Shown here in pieces: positions 1 to 8,424 of a DNA stretch of 64,000 bases. The stretch is taken from the sequence record OP729297.1. The stretch is one strand, 5' to 3'. The position numbers and the translations under genes are program-made. The notes below the pieces were generated by a model. The model searched no databases. It was not told the origin of the DNA and worked only from the letters and a program-made list of their open reading frames with translations. The stretch's first letter is position 1; every line of letters starts with the position of its first letter.

Positions 1-53
1 ACATGTCCTCATGTAAGTAGCTAAACGAGTGTCTAGCGTTCATCTCTATTATA

Positions 54-467
54 TCACGAACGATATCTGCTTGTAAGACCTATTTCGTCCAGAATTGTGC
101 TTAGTTGCTGTACCTTCTGTCCGTAGAAAGTCTGTCTAAGCGCTTCGAGCATCTCAGCAAGCTCCGACGTGTGCGGGTTCTTTTCTTCTTCTGACTGACG
201 AGCAATCGCAAGCACTACCTTACCCCAGTGGTTGTACTTGTTCTTATTATCCTTGAAGTCATTGCGAGTTCGTTTGAGAAACTCACGCTCCAGATTCCTA
301 CAAGAGGCAGGAGATATGTCTCGCCACACCTCTGTACCACTGCGATAGAACGAAGTGCCGTAGCGATTCGTCACCCAAGCACCTTCACGTCCATGAACAG
401 AATACCACTTGCCTGTTGGAGATCTCACATAGCGCGATCCCCAGTGTGTCATGTACGTCTTCTCCAT
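54..467 (-). CDS. hypothetical protein
   Basis: 137 aa ORF packed 2 nt after the kptA stop, same strand as neighbours. Confidence 0.7.
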   Translation of the reverse strand: MEKTYMTHWGSRYVRSPTGKWYSVHGREGAWVTNRYGTSFYRSGTEVWRDISPASCRNLEREFLKRTRNDFKDNKNKYNHWGKVVLAIARQSEEEKNPHTSELAEMLEALRQTFYGQKVQQLSTILDEIGLTSRYRS

Positions 468-469
468 AA

Positions 470-1003
470 CTACACCAGTCGAATATAACGGGACGGTACG
501 TACTCGGTCAGGATGACTCCGTTCTCAGCACGGTAGAACTTATAGCCGTGAGTAATCATGGACAGCGTGTCGATCTGAAACACAACAGGTACGCCGTGAC
601 GTTGACCAACACGTCGAGCAGTTTCGATATCGTTGCTCAAATGGACGTGCTTGCGTTTGCGCTTGAGGATGCCGTCATGTTGAATAGACGAGATGTTCTT
701 TTCGGCCGTACCATGATATAACGGCGACCAGTCTGTCCACGCCTGCATGTTCAAAAGCACATGCTCAACCGAGTGACCCTGAACACAACGAATGCGCGAT
801 TTGTTTTTGTTGAACTCGAAGCGGCCTTTGTTGTCTGCCTCCACTTCGGCTGTCAGTGATTCAAGAGTGACTGGTTTTACATAACGCGCCTTCTCAAGAA
901 GTTCATGCACAGACACCCAACCCTGAGTGTCCATTGCGATGCCAATATCTTGTGGCTTATGACGCAAGATATACGTCAGGTAAACACCAAGTGATTTAGC
1001 CAT
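470..1003 (-). CDS. kptA: RNA 2'-phosphotransferase (Tpt1/KptA family)
   Basis: Family motifs YILRH, GWV, RIRCVQGHS, LYHGT, RKHVHLS, ARRVGQRHG, FYRAENGV. Confidence 0.93.
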   Translation of the reverse strand: MAKSLGVYLTYILRHKPQDIGIAMDTQGWVSVHELLEKARYVKPVTLESLTAEVEADNKGRFEFNKNKSRIRCVQGHSVEHVLLNMQAWTDWSPLYHGTAEKNISSIQHDGILKRKRKHVHLSNDIETARRVGQRHGVPVVFQIDTLSMITHGYKFYRAENGVILTEYVPSRYIRLV

Positions 1004-1205
1004 TCTTTTCTTTTCCTTTCTTAACGCAGTAATCCCATGTGGCCGCGTCTAAGCACTTCACGCAGATAACGAGGCCAACGCCGAATACGATTGTGAGCAA
1101 CGTGCTCAACAAGAAGCTGTAGTGATTGAGTGCGACGGTGGAAGCAACCACTCCCACCACGCAGAAGATCACCAAAGCTGCCCAGGCGATCATCTTTCTA
1201 TTCAT
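996..1205 (-). CDS. small membrane protein (2 predicted TM helices)
   Basis: 69 aa with two hydrophobic segments; overlaps neighbours in operon style. Confidence 0.7.
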   Translation of the reverse strand: MNRKMIAWAALVIFCVVGVVASTVALNHYSFLLSTLLTIVFGVGLVICVKCLDAATWDYCVKKGKEKNG

Positions 1206-2257
1206 TCATCTTCATCCAGTGCATCGTCGTTTGCCTGATAGTCAAACTGCGGGTCAAACTGACGAGTTTCAAAGTTAAAGCCAAGCGCTTCTGCAACAGC
1301 AACGAAACACACCCACGCGTTTACTTCTGACCAGCTCTTAACACCTTCAGGCATTTTAGCATCATCAGCAACAGCAACTGCCGCCGTTCGCCAGTCATGT
1401 TCAGTCAGGCGACCAATGCCGTCAACTGACGTAGGCTCTTTATGATCGAGCACACCTTTGAAGTGTGCCACCAGCTCTGCTTTCACATGAGGGCTGAGGC
1501 TACGCAGGAACATGAAGATGCGATGGGTGTCGCTTACACCAGATAACGGAATCGCTTTCTGTGCGGCCTTCACGTTCGGACTATGCCATTCTGCCACCAG
1601 CACCCAATGACTAAGTAACGTCATAGGCAGATCGTCATCGTCACGATTTCCAGTAGAGTCACTGAACCACATAGTGGATTCACTTCCTTCATAGGATTCT
1701 ACGAAGGTCATGCCGTCAGCACTGTTAGGGAACAGGCGACCGTAACGAACCTGTTCGTGTTCGTCGAGGCACAGATACATACCAGAGATATCTGGTGCGT
1801 AGTCAGTACCAGCGTGAGTCAAATCAATATTACGCAAACCGCAAATCCACTGATTGAGTGCTTTGATCACATCACCACGAGAGCTATCACCACCAAGCAT
1901 GTTTTTACGGCGCTCGTCGGCAAAGGTGCGTTTGATCATGATAGGGCTATTCAATTCAGGCAGACTGTATTGAATGATACCACACGCATTCATGGCCAGA
2001 CCCAACAGTTGCACGTTAGACAACGTGAGGTCGTATTTGGCGTTCGGAGCAGCGAGCGACAGAAGGGTAAACAGATCAGCATGAGACAGCGCAGCAATGT
2101 CTTCATCATGCAGCATGTTCGGGATAGACAGCTCGGTGCGATGTGCGTAAGCAATCGCGTTGATCGTGTCAGCGATTTTACGTTGGTCGTGCGAAGTAAA
2201 ACCGTCGAGCCATTCCAGAACATCTTCGTCAATTACGGAACCAGAAATTGTGTTCAT
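1202..2257 (-). CDS. hypothetical protein
   Basis: 351 aa; 4-nt stop/start overlaps on both sides. Confidence 0.8.
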   Translation of the reverse strand: MNTISGSVIDEDVLEWLDGFTSHDQRKIADTINAIAYAHRTELSIPNMLHDEDIAALSHADLFTLLSLAAPNAKYDLTLSNVQLLGLAMNACGIIQYSLPELNSPIMIKRTFADERRKNMLGGDSSRGDVIKALNQWICGLRNIDLTHAGTDYAPDISGMYLCLDEHEQVRYGRLFPNSADGMTFVESYEGSESTMWFSDSTGNRDDDDLPMTLLSHWVLVAEWHSPNVKAAQKAIPLSGVSDTHRIFMFLRSLSPHVKAELVAHFKGVLDHKEPTSVDGIGRLTEHDWRTAAVAVADDAKMPEGVKSWSEVNAWVCFVAVAEALGFNFETRQFDPQFDYQANDDALDEDE

Positions 2258-2556
2258 GCTATATCTCCAAGAAATAAGGTATCGTCAGTGGCGTCGTGAA
2301 TACGAGCCGCGAATAAAAGTAAATCGTCAATGGCTTTCTTTACGTCCTTGTTCTCGCACATTTGACGTGCTGCAAGGAGTGCCATCTCCGCTTGGACCAC
2401 GTCTACCACGATAGCGCGACACAACATCTCGCGCACAATCGCTTCGACCTCAGGGAGGGCACCCAACATCTCTACTTGCATACTACGCAGAAACACTTTC
2501 CTGTCTAAAGAGGGCAATGCAGAAAACTCTTTGAGTTGTTGTTGTTGGGTGACCAT
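2254..2556 (-). CDS. hypothetical protein
   Basis: 100 aa, SD AAGGGA upstream. Confidence 0.75.
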   Translation of the reverse strand: MVTQQQQLKEFSALPSLDRKVFLRSMQVEMLGALPEVEAIVREMLCRAIVVDVVQAEMALLAARQMCENKDVKKAIDDLLLFAARIHDATDDTLFLGDIA

Positions 2557-2565
2557 GATAGTCCC

Positions 2566-3009
2566 TTATTTATGCTCCACGTAAATGTGGAGGTAGTAGT
2601 TGTCGTGTTGATAGCCCAGCACCTGATACGTCGATTGGTTGATCGTAATCAGAGGCAGCTTGCGACCTTTCAGGCACAGTGCGGTGATGTTATTGATCAA
2701 CACATCACGAAACATTCTTGCGACGGGGAAGTCATCATCCATCGCAATGCGAATCACAGCCGTATTCTCTTTATACGGATAAATGTCCACGTGCGTGTGC
2801 TCGCCGTCGTTCGAACTGTAACTCGCCTGCAAACATTTAATGCGCAGACGCTCAGGCATGTTGCCTGCGAGAATCTCGTCGAGAGCGTCATAGTCAAACG
2901 CTTTGAATGTCAGACGACGATTCACGGCAGCACGAAACCACGGAAACACAGCGTAGCATGTAACGAGAGGCAGCAAGCCAATAGCAATTGAAGGCCACCA
3001 GATATTCAT
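2566..3009 (-). CDS. hypothetical protein with N-terminal TM segment
   Basis: Start moved to MNIWW (ATGA overlap with upstream stop); hydrophobic N-terminus. Confidence 0.7.
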   Translation of the reverse strand: MNIWWPSIAIGLLPLVTCYAVFPWFRAAVNRRLTFKAFDYDALDEILAGNMPERLRIKCLQASYSSNDGEHTHVDIYPYKENTAVIRIAMDDDFPVARMFRDVLINNITALCLKGRKLPLITINQSTYQVLGYQHDNYYLHIYVEHK

Positions 3010-3446
3010 AGTGAACGCTCCTGTCGGTACATTGCACACTGCGTTGGGATTGTCTCGTCGTGGAACCAATAGAGACTACCGAACGGTATTTCGGCGTCAA
3101 TGCCAAACGGCTTGAATCCACCACGTTGTAGAAACTTTCTGAACTTCGGCGTTATTACGTTTTCAATCTGGAGAATCCAGTCACGCTGCCGACACAGCTC
3201 TTTGGTACGTGCGAGTAACTTCGAGAACTCGCCTTGACCTGGATTAGTCACGTCGATAGTAGACAGCACTAACACAGGGCGATTCCAGAGACACTGGAAC
3301 TGGGTGCGAAAGCGCAAGTACACTCGGAAGTTCTTCATCTCAGGGTGAAGGTCGTGAACGTGATACGCAACGTTTCCCCAAGACGACGCCAGTGACTTGA
3401 GATACGCCCGTTCGAACTCACGGATCAGAATATCTATTTCGCTCAT
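3006..3446 (-). CDS. GNAT-like protein (putative acetyltransferase)
   Basis: LSTIDVTNPGQGEFSKLL resembles GNAT motif A; later ENVITPKFRKFLQRGGF; SD GAGG. Confidence 0.55.
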   Translation of the reverse strand: MSEIDILIREFERAYLKSLASSWGNVAYHVHDLHPEMKNFRVYLRFRTQFQCLWNRPVLVLSTIDVTNPGQGEFSKLLARTKELCRQRDWILQIENVITPKFRKFLQRGGFKPFGIDAEIPFGSLYWFHDETIPTQCAMYRQERSL

Positions 3447-3458
3447 TTCTATTTCCTC

Positions 3459-3998
3459 TTAGGCTACTTTTGGTTTAGGAGAGTAAATCTCTTTGATTGC
3501 TTTACGCAGTTGCTCGTAACGCTCTTTGCCTTCCATGAACATCACAGTCTCCAACATGCTTGGGACTTCCGCGCTGATATGAATGAAGTGCGCCTTCAAC
3601 CAAACGCGTTGCGCATTGATTGGGTCTAAATCAGGGCCGCCGCATTCTTCATTATAGGCGCGTACACGTTCTTCACACATGCTGTCAACGTGATTGCACA
3701 GCAGGTCGTTCACCGCTTCTTCATGCGAATCATGCGCGAAGTCTTCGCTGTCCTGACTCTCAATCGGACCGCCGTTCATCTGGCGTTCGATTTCATAGGC
3801 AGCTTTCGAACCGCTCATGCAAGCGCCTTCAATTTCATGCACAGAAAACAGCGGGTAGTGACCACGCACGTCAAAGATTTTACCGTTCATACGAAAGCGC
3901 ACTGCCTGATTGCCGATGAAGTTAACCTGCTCTACTTCACGAACGTCTTTCAGGCTAGTCATCATCACTTGGACGATGTGAGTGATTTGGTCAAGCAT
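3459..3998 (-). CDS. hypothetical protein; N-terminal domain paralogous to 3991-4443
   Basis: LKDxRxxE...F..NG..F.V.G.YP pattern shared with upstream gene. Confidence 0.8.
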   Translation of the reverse strand: MLDQITHIVQVMMTSLKDVREVEQVNFIGNQAVRFRMNGKIFDVRGHYPLFSVHEIEGACMSGSKAAYEIERQMNGGPIESQDSEDFAHDSHEEAVNDLLCNHVDSMCEERVRAYNEECGGPDLDPINAQRVWLKAHFIHISAEVPSMLETVMFMEGKERYEQLRKAIKEIYSPKPKVA

Positions 3999-4443
3999 TT
4001 GGATTCCCCTTATAAGTCGGATGACAAATTTGAATTGCTGTTATTGTGTTATCGAAATACGCGGCGATACGTTCCGCCAGTTCCATAGAAGGTATCTGCA
4101 TACCCCGTTCGATTCGACTCAGATTGCCTGGGTCCATACCAAGCTCTTTAGCTATCTGCGTCAGTGTGAGATTGCGAGCGGTACGTGCTATGCGCATCGG
4201 CGTATCTTCTTCTACACCCTTCTTGCGCCGATAAACATAGTTGAGTTGGTTCATCATCTCTTGGTCATACTGACCGCGAGATACAACTTTCAGATTAGGA
4301 TAGCTGCCTGTGACAAAGTAGCCTACGCCGTTAACTTTGAAGTATACCTTGTCGTCGAACGTGCGTATGTCTTCTATTCTCCGCGCGTCTTTCAGGTTAC
4401 GCATGATTGCTTTAATCACGTTTGAGCGATCAAACATTTCCAT
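3991..4443 (-). CDS. XRE/Cro-C1 HTH transcriptional regulator with extra N-terminal domain
   Basis: C-terminal RTARNLTLTQIAKELGMDPGNLSRIERGMQIPS is a canonical HTH_3. Confidence 0.88.
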   Translation of the reverse strand: MEMFDRSNVIKAIMRNLKDARRIEDIRTFDDKVYFKVNGVGYFVTGSYPNLKVVSRGQYDQEMMNQLNYVYRRKKGVEEDTPMRIARTARNLTLTQIAKELGMDPGNLSRIERGMQIPSMELAERIAAYFDNTITAIQICHPTYKGNPNA

Positions 4444-4462
4444 AGGATTAGTCCTTGAATGT

Positions 4463-4493
4463 AAAACGGGACACCCACCGAAGTGAGCATCCC
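4463..4493 (-). terminator. intrinsic terminator
   Basis: GGGATGCTCAC-TTCG-GTGGGTGTCCC followed by TTTT. Confidence 0.8.
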
Positions 4494-4499
4494 TGACAG

Positions 4500-4679
4500 T
4501 TACATCTTACTCACTCGCCACGAGTAGATTGCGGTAACAACCACAGTAAAGGCGAGCGTGAACAAACCAAGCGGCAGACTTCTGAATATGAATGTCAGAA
4601 CCAGAAGTAGCACGACAACTATGCAGCATGCCATGTACTGCCGCATTATCCGCCGCATCTTGCGATGCCATTTAGTCAT
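4500..4679 (-). CDS. 59-aa membrane protein (absent from ORF track)
   Basis: MTKWHRKMRRIMRQYMACCIVVVLLLVLTFIFRSLPLGLFTLAFTVVVTAIYSWRVSKM; ATGA overlap with upstream stop; two TM segments. Confidence 0.75.
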   Translation of the reverse strand: MTKWHRKMRRIMRQYMACCIVVVLLLVLTFIFRSLPLGLFTLAFTVVVTAIYSWRVSKM

Positions 4680-5080
4680 TCATCACGCTCCAGAAGTTCG
4701 CCGTGAACTTCTTCGTCATACCCATCGTACTGTTTACACTCAGTACCTTTCGGGTAGATGAACAACGTGTTGTCAGAGCGGAACTGAGACACGTCAGGCT
4801 CGATAACACAGAGCGCTTCAATAGCCGCATCATCAACGGCGCGGAAAAGTGGAATCCACTCTTCGGTCTCGCGCACGTATATCCATTCAGTATCTGCCCA
4901 ACCAGGCAGGTCAGACAGGTTAGCAATATGCGACTGCTGAATAACCTGAATGCCTGCTGGCATGCCTACGTAACGCACTTTCTGCGGGACGAAGCGCAGG
5001 AACGGGCTATCACGCAGTTCAAGGTCATGCTCGATTTCTTTCAACGTGTAGATGCGATTACGCAGTGGAAATTGTTTCAT
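4676..5080 (-). CDS. hypothetical protein
   Basis: 134 aa, SD GAGGAG. Confidence 0.8.
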   Translation of the reverse strand: MKQFPLRNRIYTLKEIEHDLELRDSPFLRFVPQKVRYVGMPAGIQVIQQSHIANLSDLPGWADTEWIYVRETEEWIPLFRAVDDAAIEALCVIEPDVSQFRSDNTLFIYPKGTECKQYDGYDEEVHGELLERDE

Positions 5081-5145
5081 GTTAAGCTCCTCAGCTCATG
5101 GTGTTATGTTGACAGCAGGCTCTCGTAAGAACCTGCGAGCAACAA

Positions 5146-5499
5146 TCACTTCTTAGGCATACACGCTTCAACTGCACCAGCGATACGCTGCAACGTCGAG
5201 AACGAATCTTTCTGGCGTTCGATCTGAATGACTGCATCGCCGTGAATGATTTCGAAGTCTTCTACGATATCCTCACGCAGAACTTCGGACGGCATCAGAA
5301 TACGAACGGTGCTGATACCGAAAACGTTGTGGCCACCAGCGCGATACGCAACGTCAATGTGACGGCCTTTGATATGATGACGAAACTCAAGGTCACCACG
5401 AGACACACAGAAAGAGATCGCGTTGCACACCTGCAGGAAGTTGCTATTGCTCAGGTCATCAAAAGCGCGGGCGTCGATAGGCAATTCAGTTGCTGGCAT
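5146..5499 (-). CDS. hypothetical protein
   Basis: 117 aa, SD GAGGAG. Confidence 0.8.
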   Translation of the reverse strand: MPATELPIDARAFDDLSNSNFLQVCNAISFCVSRGDLEFRHHIKGRHIDVAYRAGGHNVFGISTVRILMPSEVLREDIVEDFEIIHGDAVIQIERQKDSFSTLQRIAGAVEACMPKK

Positions 5500-5563
5500 T
5501 GTTGTTCTCCTCAGAACATGGTTTGATTTTCAAAGGACCCTCGTCGAAGGCCCTTCACAAATC

Positions 5564-5881
5564 TTAGCGGTGATGCGCTACCTTCAGGTAGAGACAGGTA
5601 GATGCGAAATACTCGGTGCCGTGCTCAACGGCATCACGACAGCGGATATGCTCATGCGTTTCGTGTCGAGCAATCAGCATATTAAGCAGAGACTGATCGA
5701 AGCGGCTCATAACGCCAACTACGTTCGAGTCTTGCATCAGACGCAGCGCCTTAACATCGCTGAACGTCTTGTCCATGTTCTCGGCAATTCCCAGATAGTG
5801 AGGGACAACGCCGTTGCCGATAGAAACTTCCAGAGAGGTCAGTTCTGGGAAGATGAAAGTCAGAGTAGTAGAAGATGACAT
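5564..5881 (-). CDS. hypothetical protein
   Basis: Start moved to MSSSTT after SD GAGGAG. Confidence 0.75.
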   Translation of the reverse strand: MSSSTTLTFIFPELTSLEVSIGNGVVPHYLGIAENMDKTFSDVKALRLMQDSNVVGVMSRFDQSLLNMLIARHETHEHIRCRDAVEHGTEYFASTCLYLKVAHHR

Positions 5882-5928
5882 GTTAAGCTCCTCAGCTTGT
5901 GTTGTTTTGAGCAATAGCGCTCGCTCTT

Positions 5929-5984
5929 AGTATATCATAAGCTGGTACTGAAAAGAATGGCTATTTTGACCAGTTATTTGCAGA
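5929..5984 (-). promoter_or_regulatory. class A promoter candidate (TCTGCA..AAAATAGC..TGnTATACT)
   Basis: Extended -10 TGATATACT; aligns without gaps to 9950-10005 and 10764-10819. Confidence 0.7.
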
Positions 5985-6303
5985 GTTCGTCAGATTGACG
6001 GTCGACTGCTTTGAGTCTGTAACGCTTCACCTCGTCTACAATCAGCGTAAATCTGAATGCTTCGAACGAGGACCAGATAAGCATGTTTGCGCCTGTAATG
6101 AATTGCATACTACCGCAGGTCTTTCCCTGAGAGGACACGATAGTCAGGCCATCAATTTTGACTGTGGTGCGCTGCAACGTCAGGTTGTCTACGATCACCG
6201 CAGTATAGTCAGCAGGAAGATGGGGTAGATTGATGTTGCCTGCACGTTTGTCTATATCGAATCGCCAGTAGCTTCCGTTTAGATTACCCATTGATTGTAC
6301 CAT
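5974..6303 (-). CDS. hypothetical protein
   Basis: 109 aa, in operon context. Confidence 0.65.
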   Translation of the reverse strand: MVQSMGNLNGSYWRFDIDKRAGNINLPHLPADYTAVIVDNLTLQRTTVKIDGLTIVSSQGKTCGSMQFITGANMLIWSSFEAFRFTLIVDEVKRYRLKAVDRQSDELCK

Positions 6304-6914
6304 AGTGGTCGTTCGTGAAAGAGCAGGGCCAATGCAATAACGAACGCATGTCCGAATTTAGCATTGTTGTTTTGGATAGCCGATATCCAGGGACTACGTG
6401 CATCTGGATAGGCCTTCTGAATATCGTAGGTGTCATAGTCACGCAAAACTATGTGGGCACCTTTCTTATATTCCTTGAGCAGGCGCTTGAACATCTTTTG
6501 CTGCACCACCAGCTTTGCATACTCAGGCACATAGATTTGTTTTCGTGCGGCAACGTAAGAAAGGCGCAAGTCGCCCCATTTGGAGAACAGAGCCTTTTGG
6601 CCTTTCCCCATAGGATAGCGATGCGCCTGTTTTGTCGTACTGCCTTTCAAATGCCACGCCCACCAATCGGCAGCAATCTCGCCGTGAAATAGATCGTTCG
6701 AATTGACGAGATGTTCTTCATAGACCTTGCTGTACTGCCACAAGTTTTCCATGTTGTGGAACATGACGCCATCTGGCGTTCTGCATGGACCTAAATGAAA
6801 GGGACTCAGCGAGCCCCATTCTTCGTCTTTCGATACAGGCGTGATATCGAGGTCACATGATTTGGGTTGTTTGTCCTTTAATGACAACACCGTTACAATC
6901 CCGAGGCGTTTCAT
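6279..6914 (-). CDS. NADAR-fold-like protein (DUF6939-like)
   Basis: LSPFHLGP..TPDGVMFHNMENLWQYSKVY parallels the NADAR SNF..DG..ExxxQxxK motif; also ARKQIYVPEY. Confidence 0.6.
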   Translation of the reverse strand: MKRLGIVTVLSLKDKQPKSCDLDITPVSKDEEWGSLSPFHLGPCRTPDGVMFHNMENLWQYSKVYEEHLVNSNDLFHGEIAADWWAWHLKGSTTKQAHRYPMGKGQKALFSKWGDLRLSYVAARKQIYVPEYAKLVVQQKMFKRLLKEYKKGAHIVLRDYDTYDIQKAYPDARSPWISAIQNNNAKFGHAFVIALALLFHERPLWYNQWVI

Positions 6915-7215
6915 AGTGTCTCCGTATCAGGTACGTTTCGAAGCGTTGGCCACGATAGTCTTCGAACTCATAGCGCCAGACGTTTGCATCAGTGCGCTCC
7001 ATCAATTTGATTTTGAAGTCAGCGCGTCCCGCTTTGAGTACGTTGTATGGCGTGTACGTGTCGTATGCAGCACCGACATTAATCAGCGGCATCATCTTGA
7101 GCACGTCAGACGAATCAACCGTGATCATGTTCGGCTGCTTCATGAAGTTGAAGGCCGTGATCTTTAAGCGGTGCTGAACGCCATACAGCTTGCAGTAGAT
7201 GTGCGTGTCACTCAT
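6853..7215 (-). CDS. hypothetical protein
   Basis: Start moved to MSDTHIY; 62-nt overlap with downstream gene. Confidence 0.6.
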   Translation of the reverse strand: MSDTHIYCKLYGVQHRLKITAFNFMKQPNMITVDSSDVLKMMPLINVGAAYDTYTPYNVLKAGRADFKIKLMERTDANVWRYEFEDYRGQRFETYLIRRHYETPRDCNGVVIKGQTTQIM

Positions 7216-7453
7216 TGTCAGTCTGCACCTTAACGCCGTGCTTAGCCAACAGTTCTTCGACTGCAATCTCTACGGCGCGCGAACGAGACACGTTGAGTTT
7301 GTTGGCGAGCATACCAAGTGCATCATACTGCGCTGAGGTAGCGGCGCAGCTTAGTGTTCTGTTTTTGGGGTCGCGCTTCTTACGCTTCTCAATGTTAGCC
7401 TGAGAGGTGACAGCGAAGCGAGCGCCAAGTGAGGCGCCTAATGATTGACTCAT
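7208..7453 (-). CDS. ribbon-helix-helix (CopG/Arc-like) DNA-binding protein
   Basis: RTLSCAATSAQYDALGMLANKLNVSRSRAVEIAVEELL: beta-strand plus two helices with SRS turn. Confidence 0.7.
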   Translation of the reverse strand: MSQSLGASLGARFAVTSQANIEKRKKRDPKNRTLSCAATSAQYDALGMLANKLNVSRSRAVEIAVEELLAKHGVKVQTDNE

Positions 7454-7818
7454 GGGATAATCTCCAGTTGAGTGTGAAAGCGTTTGGCCTGGTCCATGTC
7501 CATATCAAGGCTGCGGCCAAAGTAGCGAATGCTCAGGTCTTGTGAGTTATTGATCATCGCTGCGGTGAGTTCTGCGAAAGGCAGCACGTATGCTGTTACG
7601 TCACGCGGCGCATCAAAGTCTACCTGACGAATGCCTGGCTCGACGCTCGGTTGATAGGTCAGTTCTGAAACACACAGCACCTGTTTGGTTTCACGAACGA
7701 CGAGGAAGACACAGCGAGCGCGGCGCAGTGACGAAACGATATTGAACTTAGATTGAAAGAAGCGGCAGTCATCAAGCTCTGCCTGACTGACGTTGAAGAC
7801 GATAACGAAGCGGCGCAT
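7450..7818 (-). CDS. hypothetical protein
   Basis: Start moved to MRRFVIV, downstream of a terminator and a CTGTAAATA box. Confidence 0.7.
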   Translation of the reverse strand: MRRFVIVFNVSQAELDDCRFFQSKFNIVSSLRRARCVFLVVRETKQVLCVSELTYQPSVEPGIRQVDFDAPRDVTAYVLPFAELTAAMINNSQDLSIRYFGRSLDMDMDQAKRFHTQLEIIP

Positions 7819-7850
7819 TGTATATCTCGCATTGTTGTTTGTGTACGAGA

Positions 7851-7859
7851 TATTTACAG
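7851..7859 (-). promoter_or_regulatory. class B motif CTGTAAATA
   Basis: Intergenic, 32 nt before ATG. Confidence 0.65.
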
Positions 7860-7864
7860 AAATG

Positions 7865-7893
7865 AAAAAGGGCCACCAGCAATGGCAGCCCTT
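7865..7893 (-). terminator. intrinsic terminator
   Basis: AAGGGCTGCC..GGTGGCCCTT followed by T-run. Confidence 0.7.
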
Positions 7894-7897
7894 GTAT

Positions 7898-8122
7898 TTA
7901 GCTTTCGAGTGTTTCCTCGTTCTTGAGGCCGTGTGTGCGACAGAAGGCCTGCCACCGTTTTTCAACTTCACGGTCCTCAACGAATTTGATTCGGCAAGAG
8001 TACGCAGTCTTAATAGCGACCATCGCTTGCTTCTTCTTAGGGAATTGCTCACGCCAGGCCATAGCTACAGGCGTCAGTACCAGATGCAGATACTCATTCA
8101 ATTCAGTAGGTGTCATTAGCAA
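7898..8122 (-). CDS. hypothetical protein
   Basis: 74 aa ending just before a terminator. Confidence 0.65.
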   Translation of the reverse strand: MLMTPTELNEYLHLVLTPVAMAWREQFPKKKQAMVAIKTAYSCRIKFVEDREVEKRWQAFCRTHGLKNEETLES

Positions 8123-8388
8123 TAATCCTCTGAGCCATCTTGACCGTCACGACGATTGATACGTGGGTCGCGATCATCTTCGGCGCGTTGTTTGTCGGCA
8201 GCATCTTGCTGTGCCTGATCGTCTTCGTTCTGCGCATCGAGAATCATGCCCACCAGCACTTCACGATCAGGCACATCGTCGTCATCGTCCAGATCGTCCA
8301 GCAGACCTTTGGCACTCGCCAGATGATAAAGCACATCAAGCGGCATGTCTTCGAGTTCTTCGCGTTCGTATACCATAACATTCTCCAA
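8116..8388 (-). CDS. acidic hypothetical protein
   Basis: 90 aa, SD GGAG, Asp-rich. Confidence 0.75.
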   Translation of the reverse strand: MENVMVYEREELEDMPLDVLYHLASAKGLLDDLDDDDDVPDREVLVGMILDAQNEDDQAQQDAADKQRAEDDRDPRINRRDGQDGSEDYC

Positions 8389-8392
8389 ATAG

Positions 8393-8415
8393 AAAAGCCC
8401 CGCTCAATGCGAGGC
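8393..8415 (-). terminator. intrinsic terminator
   Basis: GCCTCGC-ATTGA-GCGGGGC followed by TTTT. Confidence 0.7.
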
Positions 8416-8424
8416 AATGTGTGT

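Noticed and set aside
7450-8052. Long ORF-track starts (also 9973, 10773, 13794, 14824, 21470, 22151, 23948, 25410, 32519, 43432, 47962, 52842, 61781)
   Set aside because: The extensions cross terminators, promoters or other genes and lack an SD; downstream ATGs with an SD were used instead.
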